A stretch of DNA of 64,000 bases from Acidimicrobiaceae bacterium (GTDB lineage: Bacteria; Actinomycetota; Acidimicrobiia; Acidimicrobiales; RAAP-2). A program made the position numbers and the translations under genes. The notes under the pieces are model-generated. The model was not told the DNA's origin, made no database searches, and worked only from the letters and a program-made list of their open reading frames with translations. Below are positions 10,651 to 18,974 of this stretch, piece by piece (position 1 is the stretch's first letter; each line of letters starts with the position of its first letter). Location: positions 15,977 through 79,976 of the forward strand of contig DAHUZK010000051.1 of the NCBI GenBank assembly GCA_027306605.1, read 5' to 3'.

Positions 10651-10666
10651 GGTTTCACGTGAAACA
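10651..10666. promoter_or_regulatory. parS: parS centromere-like site 2
   Basis: GGTTTCACGTGAAACA matches 15 of 16 positions of TGTTTCACGTGAAACA. It lies 113 bp from site 1, upstream of parA. Confidence 0.85.
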
Positions 10667-11083
10667 GCCGTAAGTCTTGACCTCGACGCATGTGCAGGCC
10701 AGGATATGCGTCGTGCTTGGGCGAGTCGGGAACCCTGCTTGATGCGCATCAGGCGCCGGGACAGGGAGTCTCCAGACAAGAGACAGGCAGTTGCCGAACC
10801 AGCTCCGTACGACCAAGAGGTGGGCGTACACGCGGAATCGGGACCGACATCGACAGATCCCGTTCGGAGCCTCGACACCGAAAGCGAAGCCGCACCGGCT
10901 CCTTCGTCACCCGCCCCGGCGTCGGAGCCTCGGCGGCCGGCGCACGCGGCTCGCGTGGAGGATGCCGCCGAGGTGGAACCCGACCGAACACCCCCGGCCG
11001 GCCCGAGCCGGGCCGCTCCAGAGGAGATGCCCGCTCCCCCGCCCCCTGCGCCGCCCGCTGCGTCCACACCCCCGTCTACTCCC

Positions 11084-11200
11084 CCAGTCAGCCCAGTCAG
11101 CCCAGTCAGCCCGGTCAGCCCGGTCGCCGAGGTGGCCACAGCCGAGGTCACCACAGCCGAGGTCACCACAGCCGAGGTCACCACAGCCGAGGTCACCGAG
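11084..11200 (+). repeat. Two adjacent in-frame tandem repeats: 9 nt x5 (CCAGTCAGC, PVS) then 15 nt x5 (GCCGAGGTCACCACA, AEVTT)
   Basis: Read directly. Both periods are multiples of 3 and lie in the parA reading frame, just upstream of ATG 11207. Confidence 0.9.
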
Positions 11201-11206
11201 CCGACC

Positions 11207-12052
11207 ATGCGCCCGCCTTCCATCGGGAGCGATGCCGCCGACCTGTTGAACGGCGCCAAGCCCGAGGTCCGGCCGCTCCCGCGCATCATCGCCGTGGCCA
11301 ACCAGAAGGGTGGCGTCGGCAAGACGACCACGACGGTGAACCTCGGGGCGGCGCTGGCCGAGCAGGGCTACCGCGTGCTCGTCATCGACCTCGACCCACA
11401 GGGCAATGCCACGACGGGACTCGGGGTCGAGGCACGGAACTTCGAATTGTCCATGTACGACGTGATCATGCGGGACCAGCCGCTCGAGGATTGCATCGAG
11501 CCCACGAGTGTCAAGAACCTCTTCGTGGCTCCGGCCACCATCGATCTGGCCGGCGTGGAGATCGAGTTGGTCCCCGCCTTCAGCCGTGAGCTCAAGCTGA
11601 AGAAGGCCATCGACTCGGTGGTCGACGACTTCGACTTCGTCCTCATCGACTGCCCGCCGTCGCTCGGGCTCATCACCGTGAACGGTCTGGCGGCGGCGGA
11701 CGAGGTCCTGGTGCCGATCCAGTGCGAGTACTACGCCCTCGAGGGGCTGAGCCAGCTGTTGCGCAATGTGAACCTGGTCTCGACCAATCTGAACGAGACC
11801 CTGGAAGTCTCGACCATCGTCCTCACGATGTACGACGCCCGGACCCGGCTCTCGGTCGACGTGGCCAACGAGGTGCGGGAGCACTTTGCAGAACGGGTGT
11901 GCCGGATCGTGATCCCTCGGACCGTCCGGCTTTCCGAGGCGCCCTCGTTCGGGCAGCCCATCACGGTGTTCGATCCAGCCTCGCGGGGTGCCGTGGCCTA
12001 CCGCGAGCTGGCCAAGGAGGTGAGCAATGGCGCGCCGCAGCGGACTCGGTAA
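11207..12052 (+). CDS. parA: Chromosome partitioning ATPase ParA/Soj (conservative core; N-terminal extension possible)
   Basis: Deviant Walker A NQKGGVGKTTT follows RIIAVA. The 281-aa core starts at ATG 11207. The same frame is open back to 10556, so upstream starts (for example GTG near 10954 or ATG 10742) cannot be excluded. Confidence 0.9.
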   Translation: MRPPSIGSDAADLLNGAKPEVRPLPRIIAVANQKGGVGKTTTTVNLGAALAEQGYRVLVIDLDPQGNATTGLGVEARNFELSMYDVIMRDQPLEDCIEPTSVKNLFVAPATIDLAGVEIELVPAFSRELKLKKAIDSVVDDFDFVLIDCPPSLGLITVNGLAAADEVLVPIQCEYYALEGLSQLLRNVNLVSTNLNETLEVSTIVLTMYDARTRLSVDVANEVREHFAERVCRIVIPRTVRLSEAPSFGQPITVFDPASRGAVAYRELAKEVSNGAPQRTR

Positions 12053-12977
12053 GGGTCTCAGCGCCCTGATTCCCGGTGAGGTGGTGGGGGAGTCCGACTC
12101 GGCGCTCCGGGTCGTGCCCATCTCCCACATCCGACCCAACGCCTACCAGCCGCGGAGCCATTTCGACGAGGAGTCGATGGCCTCCCTGGCGGCGTCCATC
12201 AAGGCGGTCGGCCTGCTCCAGCCCGTCCTGGTGCGCGAGATCCAGGAGGAGACGGAGAGCTACGAGCTGATCGCGGGGGAGCGGCGTTGGCGAGCCGCCC
12301 GCCGGGCGGGGCTCCAGACCATCCCCGTGCTGGTGCAGGTGGCGGACGACGTCGCGAGCCTGGAGCAGGCTCTCGTCGAGAACCTCCACCGTGTCGACCT
12401 CAACGCCCTCGAGGAAGCCGCGGCCTACCAACAGCTGATTGACGAATTCGGGCTGACCCACGAGCAGGTGGCCAGCCGAATGGGCAAGGGCCGCGCCACC
12501 GTGACCAACACCTTGCGGCTCCTGCAGCTGCCGGCCGGAGCCCAGCGGGCGCTCTCGGAGCGCACCATCTCGGCCGGGCATGCCCGCGCCCTGCTGGGGA
12601 CGCCCGACCGTGTGCTCCAAGAGAGGCTCGTGCTGCGCATCGTCGAGGAGGGCCTGACCGTGCGGGCGGTCGAGGAGCTGGTCCGAACGGGCGGAGCCGA
12701 GCTGCGGGTGGTGCCCAGCGAGCCCGAGCCGCCAACCCCGACAACCAACGGTGTGACGGCGGGCACGGCCGATGGGTCCGCCACGCGCCACGTGCCCGTG
12801 CGCAAGCTGCCCGAGCCGGGTGTGCTCGAGCTCGAGGATCTCCTCTCGACCTACCTCAACACCAGGGTCAAGGTGGACATCCAGAACCGGCGGGGGCGCC
12901 TGGTGGTGGAGTTCGCAACCCTCGAGGACCTCGAGCGCATCTACCGGGCGATGGTGGGCGACGGCGGGGTGGCCTAG
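12027..12977 (+). CDS. parB: Chromosome partitioning protein ParB/Spo0J
   Basis: 316 aa: MARRSGLGKGLSALIPG, the ParB box GERRWRAA and an HTH region. It overlaps the parA 3' end by 26 nt. Confidence 0.93.
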   Translation: MARRSGLGKGLSALIPGEVVGESDSALRVVPISHIRPNAYQPRSHFDEESMASLAASIKAVGLLQPVLVREIQEETESYELIAGERRWRAARRAGLQTIPVLVQVADDVASLEQALVENLHRVDLNALEEAAAYQQLIDEFGLTHEQVASRMGKGRATVTNTLRLLQLPAGAQRALSERTISAGHARALLGTPDRVLQERLVLRIVEEGLTVRAVEELVRTGGAELRVVPSEPEPPTPTTNGVTAGTADGSATRHVPVRKLPEPGVLELEDLLSTYLNTRVKVDIQNRRGRLVVEFATLEDLERIYRAMVGDGGVA

Positions 12978-13158
12978 CCCGGAGGAACCGTCAACGGGCT
13001 GTTCAGCTTCATCCACAACCTGTGCATGACGTTGTGGATTGTCACCTGGTTCACCTGCAGGAGGCTTTGCTCGCGTCACCGTCACACGGGCCGGCGCAGC
13101 GTCCGGCGTCAACCCGGAGCCCGCCCGGCACTGTCTGCCGGAAATTGATTACTGGTAA

Positions 13159-14097
13159 TCACTCCCAGGAGGCGTCGGCCCAGCGCCCCAGCGCGTGCGA
13201 GAGCGCGGCGGCCAGGGCGGGGGCGTGCTCGACCACCGCGCTGGCCGGCCCCACCTCGATGAGGACCGCAGGCATGCGGGTCTCGCGCAGGATCGGCAGG
13301 GCCATGCCGTGCACGCCGCCGTCGGCCACGCCCAACGCCTCGGGGACCGTGCTCTGGACCAGCTCGGCCAGGCGCCGTCCGCCGGGCGAGTCGTCGTGGG
13401 TGCCCGACCAGAACGAGGTGCGGCACGCCGACACGTCGGGGTTGAGGCGCAGCCCGACGAAGACGTCGACCTCGAGCTCGTTGGCCTCCTTGGCCTGCAC
13501 GGTGTCGTCGGGGTGGTGCAGCTCGGTCACCCGGGTCCCGTTGAGGGTGAGGCGGCGCCGCAGGGCACCGGTCACGCTGCCCAGTCCGCCGCTCTCGCCC
13601 ACGGCCAGATGACGGCCGCGCAGTGTCGGAGGGGCGTCGCGCAACGCGGCCCGGGCCCGTACCGCCGAGACCAGCTGGAGCTGGTCGTACCGGGGCTCGA
13701 GGCGGAGGAGCTCGTGCAGGGTGGCCCCGCCCACGATGCCGTCGACCGGGAGCCCGGCGTTGCGCTGGAACTCGCCGAGCGCCCCGACGGTGGCGTCGCC
13801 GAAGATGCCGTCGACGCGCCCGGTGTCGAACCCCAGGCTGCACAGGCGTTGCTGGAGTTCCGCCACGTCGTCACCCCGCAGCATGGGGGTCCGGCGGTAG
13901 AGGAAGCGGTCGCCGAGGCGGAAACCGGCCTCGACCAGCGTGTTCCACGTCTGAGGCCCACAGATCCCGTCGACGCGCAGGCCCCGCAGGCGCTGGAAGG
14001 CCTCCAGCGCGGCCCGCGTCGCCGGTCCGAACTCGCCGTCGACGTCGACCGGCGCGCCGGGGATGACGGCGGTGAGGCGGTGCTGGACGTCGGCCAC
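13159..14097 (-). CDS. cwlM: CwlM-like protein: two PG_binding_1 repeats + N-acetylmuramoyl-L-alanine amidase (Amidase_3) domain
   Basis: Two peptidoglycan-binding repeats (VDGEFGPATRAALEAFQRLRGLRVDGICGPQTW and VDGIFGDATVGALGEFQRNAGLPVDGIVG) are followed by an amidase_3-like C-terminus. Synteny with trxB-trxA matches mycobacterial cwlM. The start is uncertain. GTG 14097 is the first canonical start after the trxA stop, but the first PG-binding repeat appears to begin a few codons upstream. Confidence 0.8.
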   Translation of the reverse strand: MADVQHRLTAVIPGAPVDVDGEFGPATRAALEAFQRLRGLRVDGICGPQTWNTLVEAGFRLGDRFLYRRTPMLRGDDVAELQQRLCSLGFDTGRVDGIFGDATVGALGEFQRNAGLPVDGIVGGATLHELLRLEPRYDQLQLVSAVRARAALRDAPPTLRGRHLAVGESGGLGSVTGALRRRLTLNGTRVTELHHPDDTVQAKEANELEVDVFVGLRLNPDVSACRTSFWSGTHDDSPGGRRLAELVQSTVPEALGVADGGVHGMALPILRETRMPAVLIEVGPASAVVEHAPALAAALSHALGRWADASWE

Positions 14098-14132
14098 CGC
14101 GTCACCGCGGTCGCCGAGAGCGAGCGGCAGCC

Positions 14133-14459
14133 CTACAGGTAGGCCGAGATCTCCTCGAGCAGCTGGCCCTTGGGCTTGGCCCCGATCAGGCGTACCTGGG
14201 GCTCGCCGTCCTTGAACAGGATCAGCGTGGGGATGCTCATCACGTCGAAGCGGCGCGTCACGTCGAGGTTGTCGTCGATGTTGAGCTTGCCGATCCGAAT
14301 CTTGCCCGCGTGCTCCTCCGCGATCTCCTCCAGGACCGGAGAGATCATCTTGCACGGGCCGCACCATTCCGCCCAGAAGTCCACCAGCACGGGGACATCC
14401 GAACTCTTGACATGCTCGTCAAACGTAGCGTCGGTCAGCGTCTCGATCTTCTCGCTCAT
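14133..14459 (-). CDS. trxA: Thioredoxin
   Basis: 108 aa with the WAEWCGPCK active site. AAGGAG lies upstream of the ATG. Confidence 0.96.
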   Translation of the reverse strand: MSEKIETLTDATFDEHVKSSDVPVLVDFWAEWCGPCKMISPVLEEIAEEHAGKIRIGKLNIDDNLDVTRRFDVMSIPTLILFKDGEPQVRLIGAKPKGQLLEEISAYL

Positions 14460-14508
14460 GCCATCTCCTTGTCAGCGGGTGTGACGCCGCCTCCTCGTCA
14501 GCGGGTGT

Positions 14509-14534
14509 AACGCCACGCCCTGTCGTTCTGTTCC
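14509..14534 (-). promoter_or_regulatory. Candidate ECF (SigH/SigR-type) promoter for trxA: GGAAC-N17-CGTT
   Basis: The minus strand reads GGAAC agaacgacagggcgtgg CGTT, about 50 nt upstream of the trxA ATG. This matches the GGAA(C/T)-N17-18-(C)GTT pattern of thiol-stress ECF sigma promoters known to drive trx genes in Streptomyces and Mycobacterium. Confidence 0.45.
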
Positions 14535-14603
14535 CCGTTTCGGGCTCGGCCGCCCTTTGCCCATGAATCCTCCCGGCGCTTCGTCGCAGGGCCGGGTCCG
14601 CGC

Positions 14604-15593
14604 CTATTCGCCCTGCGTCTCCAGCCAGCGCTCGGCGTCGATGGCGGCCATGCAGCCCGACCCGGCCGAGGTCACGGCCTGGCGGTAGTAGTCGTCCTGG
14701 ACGTCGCCGCAGGCGAAGACCCCCTCGACGCTGGTCCGGGTGGTGCCGTCGAACGTGCGGACATAGCCATTGTCGGCCAGCTCGACCTGCCCCTTGAGCA
14801 GGGACGAATTGGGCTCGTGGCCTATGGCGACGAAGAGGCCGGTCGCATCGAGCTCGGACTCTTGACCGCTCACCGTGTCGCGCAGGCGCAGACCCGCCAC
14901 CTTGGTGTCGCCGAGGATGTCGGTCACCACCGAGTTCCACCTGAACTCGATCTTGGGGTTGGCGAAGGCGCGCTCTTGCATGATCTTCGAGGCGCGCAGC
15001 TGGTCGCGGCGGTGGATGATGGTCACCTTGGAGGCGAAGCGCGTGAGGAAGCTGGCTTCCTCGATCGCCGAGTCCCCGCCGCCGGCCACGGCGATGTGCT
15101 GGTCCCGGAAGAAGAAGCCGTCGCAGGTGGCGCAGGTCGACACGCCGTAGCCGAGCAGCCGTGCCTCGTTGGCGACGCCCAGCATGAGGGAGCGGGCACC
15201 CGTGGCCACGATGACCGCGTCGGCCGTCACGGTCGGCGCGTCGGCCGCGGGGTCTCCGATCCAAAGCTCGAAGGGCCGGGGCCCCAGCTCGAGGCGACTG
15301 ACCTTGGCGACGCGCAGCTCGGCGTCGAAGCGCAGGGCCTGGGCCCGCATGATGCCCATCAGCTCGGGCCCCATGATCCCGTCCACGAAGCCGGGATAGT
15401 TCTCCACCTCGGTCGTGAGCATGAGCTGGCCGCCGGGCTGGTCGCTCGTGGAGGAGGGCTCGCCCTCGATGACGAGCGGCTCGAGCTGGGCTCGCGCCGT
15501 GTAGAGGGCGGCGGTCAGGCCGGCGGGCCCGCTGCCGATGATGACGACCTTGCGGTGCTCGGGCCGGTGCGCCGTCGGCGCCCCCTCAGGCAT
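14604..15593 (-). CDS. trxB: Thioredoxin-disulfide reductase
   Basis: 329 aa with FAD motif [14 protein letters not shown], redox-active CATCDG and NADPH motif. Confidence 0.96.
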   Translation of the reverse strand: MPEGAPTAHRPEHRKVVIIGSGPAGLTAALYTARAQLEPLVIEGEPSSTSDQPGGQLMLTTEVENYPGFVDGIMGPELMGIMRAQALRFDAELRVAKVSRLELGPRPFELWIGDPAADAPTVTADAVIVATGARSLMLGVANEARLLGYGVSTCATCDGFFFRDQHIAVAGGGDSAIEEASFLTRFASKVTIIHRRDQLRASKIMQERAFANPKIEFRWNSVVTDILGDTKVAGLRLRDTVSGQESELDATGLFVAIGHEPNSSLLKGQVELADNGYVRTFDGTTRTSVEGVFACGDVQDDYYRQAVTSAGSGCMAAIDAERWLETQGE

Positions 15594-15888
15594 CGGGCGG
15601 GAGCCCCCGGCGCGAGTAGAGGACGGCCCCGAGGATGCTGAACAACCCGCCGAGGACGAGGTAGGAGGCCCAGACCTTGTGCCCGGCGATGGTGGTCACC
15701 CGGATGAAGCCGACACAGAACAGCACCACGGTGGCGATACCGACCACGGCGATGACGACACCGAAGACCACGCCACGGGCGGCCACGATGGCCGGCCGGA
15801 CGGCCTTGTCGTTGACGGTCGCCACGACGGCGTCAACCGCATCGAGCGCACGCTCGCCCAGCGCATCGGAGAAGTCGTTGTCGGGCAC
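15586..15888 (-). CDS. Small membrane protein (two predicted TM helices), function unknown
   Basis: GTG 15888 gives [19 protein letters not shown]... followed by two hydrophobic helices. Its stop overlaps the trxB start by 8 nt. The upstream part of track ORF 15586..16125 is a shadow of degV. Confidence 0.5.
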   Translation of the reverse strand: MPDNDFSDALGERALDAVDAVVATVNDKAVRPAIVAARGVVFGVVIAVVGIATVVLFCVGFIRVTTIAGHKVWASYLVLGGLFSILGAVLYSRRGLPPDA

Positions 15889-15898
15889 GGGGGCGAGA

Positions 15899-16786
15899 CT
15901 ACCCGGCCGATCCACCCGCACCGGCGGAGCTGGGCGTCCTGGCTGGGACGATGTAGCAGACGCCGACGGTGTTCGGACCGGCGTGGGTGCCGACGACGGG
16001 CCCGAGGTCCACCGGAACCAAAGGGTGCTCGGTGGGGATGTCGGCCAGGCCGGCCAGCACCTCGGGGAAATCGTCGCAGGCGCCGTCGGCCACGGCGATG
16101 CGCTCGAGCGGCGCCGCCGCCGCATCGGCCCTGACCTTGTCGAGCAGGTAGGCGAGGGCGCGAGCCCGGGTCCGCTGCTTGGACTCCTCGGCCACCTCGC
16201 CGTCCTTGAGCTGGATCACCGGTTTGATGTTGAGCAGCGAACCCAGCAGGGCACGGGCCCCGCCGATGCGCCCGCCCCGTTGGAGGTGCTCGAGACCCCC
16301 GATGACGCCGTAGATCCGGGTCCGGGCCATGCGGTCCTCGGTGGCCGTCACCAGCTCCTCGAGGCCGGCGCCCGCCGCCGCCTCCTCGGCCGCCGCGATG
16401 ACCAACAGCCCCTGGCCCATGGTCAGGCTCAAGGTGTCGACGACCGTGACCGGGATGCCCTCGAACGAGCCGGCGGCGGTACGCGCCGAACCGTAGGTCG
16501 CGGACACCTTCGAGGAGATGGTCAGGCAGAGCACGCCGGCCGCCCCTTCGTCCGCCGCCTGCTGGAAGGCCGCCTGGAACGCTCCGGGCGCCGGCGCGGC
16601 GGTCTCGGGCAGCGCGCCCTTGCCGCGGCAGCGGTCCCAGAACTCGTCGGGGCTCAGCTGGCGGCGGTCCTCGAACTCCTCGCTGCCGAAGCGGATCGTG
16701 AGCGGCACCACGATGACACCGTGCTCCTCGACCAACTGGTCGCTGAGGTCGCACGCGCTGTCGGTGACGATACGGATCCCGGGCAT
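15899..16786 (-). CDS. DegV family fatty-acid-binding protein
   Basis: Only the last 295 aa of the 986-aa track ORF are used: MPGIRIVTDSACDLS...TAAPAPGAF...LTISSKVSATY..., which is typical DegV. ATG at 16786. Confidence 0.85.
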   Translation of the reverse strand: MPGIRIVTDSACDLSDQLVEEHGVIVVPLTIRFGSEEFEDRRQLSPDEFWDRCRGKGALPETAAPAPGAFQAAFQQAADEGAAGVLCLTISSKVSATYGSARTAAGSFEGIPVTVVDTLSLTMGQGLLVIAAAEEAAAGAGLEELVTATEDRMARTRIYGVIGGLEHLQRGGRIGGARALLGSLLNIKPVIQLKDGEVAEESKQRTRARALAYLLDKVRADAAAAPLERIAVADGACDDFPEVLAGLADIPTEHPLVPVDLGPVVGTHAGPNTVGVCYIVPARTPSSAGAGGSAG

Positions 16787-16839
16787 GGAAGGGGAGTCTG
16801 CCACGGGGCCGCGGTCGGGACCCGGACCGGCGGTGCGGT

Positions 16840-18972
16840 TCAGGTGCCCTCGGGACCGCCGGGCGGTGGTCGCCGCGGACGGACCGGTCCCGCCCCCGAG
16901 GGACCCGGAGCCTCGTCGGGACCGATGGGACGGAGCGACCGGAGAGGCCGGACCGTCGGCTCGGGTGGGCGCAAAGGCCGGATGGTCGCGTCGGGGTGCA
17001 GGGGCCGGATGGTGCCGGAGGGATCGGGGCGGTCCGACCGTGGGGCCGACGGTGGCGCCGACGGTGGGGCCGGCTCGCGGGTACCGCCGACACGGCGCAC
17101 CACGCCCACGTCGACCGGCTCGGGTTCCCGCTCCGTCCCTGGCTCCGTCTCTGGCTCCGCTTCCGGCTCGGTCTCCGGCTCCGGCTCCTGTCCTGTGCGC
17201 GACGGGGGCTGCGGTTCGGGTTCTCCGGCCGCGCCGGCACGGGAGGCATGGGCGCCGTTGGGTCTCGGCGTCGTGGGCCCCGGACCGGGTCCCACCACTG
17301 GCCGCGAGCCCGGTGGTCGCGGTGGGCGCGGTGGAGGGTGCGGGTGCTTTTGGACCGAGGCGGGCCGGCGCGCGTCGTGGCGCCGGCCGAGCCAGACCAC
17401 CACGCCGCCGAAGACGAGCCCGCCGGCCACCAGGCTGCCCACCACCCGCACGAACAGGGCGGGCAGGCTCGTCGAGCCCGAGAGGTTGGACACGACGAGG
17501 ACCACGACGCCCATGGGGATGCTGGCGATGACGACGCGCCAGAGCGGGGCCCACTCGGCGTGGTCGCCCAACTGGCCGAACCACCGGTGGAAGGTCGACA
17601 AGGCGAGCAGTGCCGCCACCGTGTAGGCGATCGAGAGCGAAAGGGCCAGACCCCGCACCCCGAGGGGGTGCACCAAGATGAGCGCGAGCACGATGTTGAG
17701 CCCGTTCTCCACCAGGTAGAGACGGAAGGCGACCTTGGTGCGCTGCATCGACTGCAGCACCCGCACGAAGTACAGGTAGGCGCAGAAGCCCGGGACCCCC
17801 AGGGCGAACATGGCCAGGGAGGCGCCAGTCGTCGCCGTCTCGGCCGGGGTGCTGTGACCGTGGCCGAGCAGCAGCTCCACGGCGGGCCGGGCCAGCAGCA
17901 GCATGCCCACGGCGGAAGGGACGACGAGGGCCAGGATGGCGCGCATGCCGCCGGTCATGCGGTGGAGGAACGCCTCCTGTTGACCCGTGGACCACTTCTC
18001 GGACAGGTCGGGTGTGACGACGTACATGATGGTGACGGCGATCACGCCGTAGGGGAGCTGGAAGAAGGCGTAGGCGTAGGTGTACGACGACACCGGGTCG
18101 GGGCCGGCCACGGAGCCCGCCAGCACGGTGACGATGAAGAGCGCAATCTGGTTGGCCACGACGAAGCCGAACGTCCAGCCCCCCAGGTGCACGATGGCGC
18201 GCAGCGCGTCGTCGTGGATGTTCCAGCGCCAGCGCAGCAAGCCCAGATCGGCCCGACGCAGGCTCGGAATCAGCGCCAGCCCCTGACAGACCACGCCGAG
18301 GGAGGTGCCCAGGCCGAGCAGCACCAGCTGTGCGTGGTGCTGCTGCACGCTGGCGAGGGTCGCCCCGTGCCCGGCCCACAGCCCGAACCACACCAAGATG
18401 CCGATGGCCACCAGGTTGTTGACGATCGGTGCCCAGGCCACGGCGACGAAGCGCCGGCGCGTGTTGAGGAGCGCCGCCGCCAGGGCGAAGAGGCCGTAGG
18501 CGGCGATCTGGATCACGAACCAGCGCAGGAACGTCGTCGCCACCTGTCGCTCGAGCTCGACCTGGTGCACGCGCCCGGCGTGGGCGTGGGTGTCCAGTGC
18601 CGTCAGCGCGTCGATGAAGTAGGGCGCCGCCACCAGCGCGGCGAGGGTCGTCACCAACAGGACGACCACCGACACCGTGATGACCGCCGAGATCGAGTCG
18701 AAAGCCTCGGATTCCTTCTTGTTGGCCAGCCGGTCGACGAAGACCGGGATGAATGTGGCCGAGAGCACGCCGCCGAGCACGACGTCGTAGAGCATGTTCG
18801 GGGTGGTGTTGGCGAGGTTGTACGAGTCGGCCAGGAGGTGTGAGAGGCCCAGGGCCCACGCCAGGGCGACGAAGCGCAGCAGACCGGTGAGGCGCGAGAC
18901 GCCGGTCCCGACCGCGACGTAGACGGCCGAGGTCCGCAGGGGGAGGGTCCGGGCCCGACGGGGCGGGGCCAC
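16840..18972 (-). CDS. murJ: Lipid II flippase MurJ (MviN) with about 190-aa Pro/Glu-rich C-terminal tail
   Basis: Polytopic MurJ/MOP core (GVSRLTGLLRFVALAWALG, NTPNMLYDVVLGGVLSATFIPVF). Start is GTG 18972, 3 nt after the upstream stop, or ATG 19029. The tail is low-complexity (EPEPETEPEAEPETEP, PPRPPRPP). Confidence 0.88.
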   Translation of the reverse strand: MAPPRRARTLPLRTSAVYVAVGTGVSRLTGLLRFVALAWALGLSHLLADSYNLANTTPNMLYDVVLGGVLSATFIPVFVDRLANKKESEAFDSISAVITVSVVVLLVTTLAALVAAPYFIDALTALDTHAHAGRVHQVELERQVATTFLRWFVIQIAAYGLFALAAALLNTRRRFVAVAWAPIVNNLVAIGILVWFGLWAGHGATLASVQQHHAQLVLLGLGTSLGVVCQGLALIPSLRRADLGLLRWRWNIHDDALRAIVHLGGWTFGFVVANQIALFIVTVLAGSVAGPDPVSSYTYAYAFFQLPYGVIAVTIMYVVTPDLSEKWSTGQQEAFLHRMTGGMRAILALVVPSAVGMLLLARPAVELLLGHGHSTPAETATTGASLAMFALGVPGFCAYLYFVRVLQSMQRTKVAFRLYLVENGLNIVLALILVHPLGVRGLALSLSIAYTVAALLALSTFHRWFGQLGDHAEWAPLWRVVIASIPMGVVVLVVSNLSGSTSLPALFVRVVGSLVAGGLVFGGVVVWLGRRHDARRPASVQKHPHPPPRPPRPPGSRPVVGPGPGPTTPRPNGAHASRAGAAGEPEPQPPSRTGQEPEPETEPEAEPETEPGTEREPEPVDVGVVRRVGGTREPAPPSAPPSAPRSDRPDPSGTIRPLHPDATIRPLRPPEPTVRPLRSLRPIGPDEAPGPSGAGPVRPRRPPPGGPEGT

Positions 18973-18974
18973 GG

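Noticed and set aside
10556-11206. Track start 10556 for parA (498 aa)
   Set aside because: It would make the second parS site (10651-10666) coding. It also gives a low-GC3, non-protein-like N-terminus. A shorter N-terminal extension remains possible and is reported as a finding.
15899-18859. 986-aa ORF spanning the degV and murJ regions
   Set aside because: Only the C-terminal 295 aa (DegV) look like protein. The rest is an alternative frame of murJ with extreme Arg/Pro/Gly bias.
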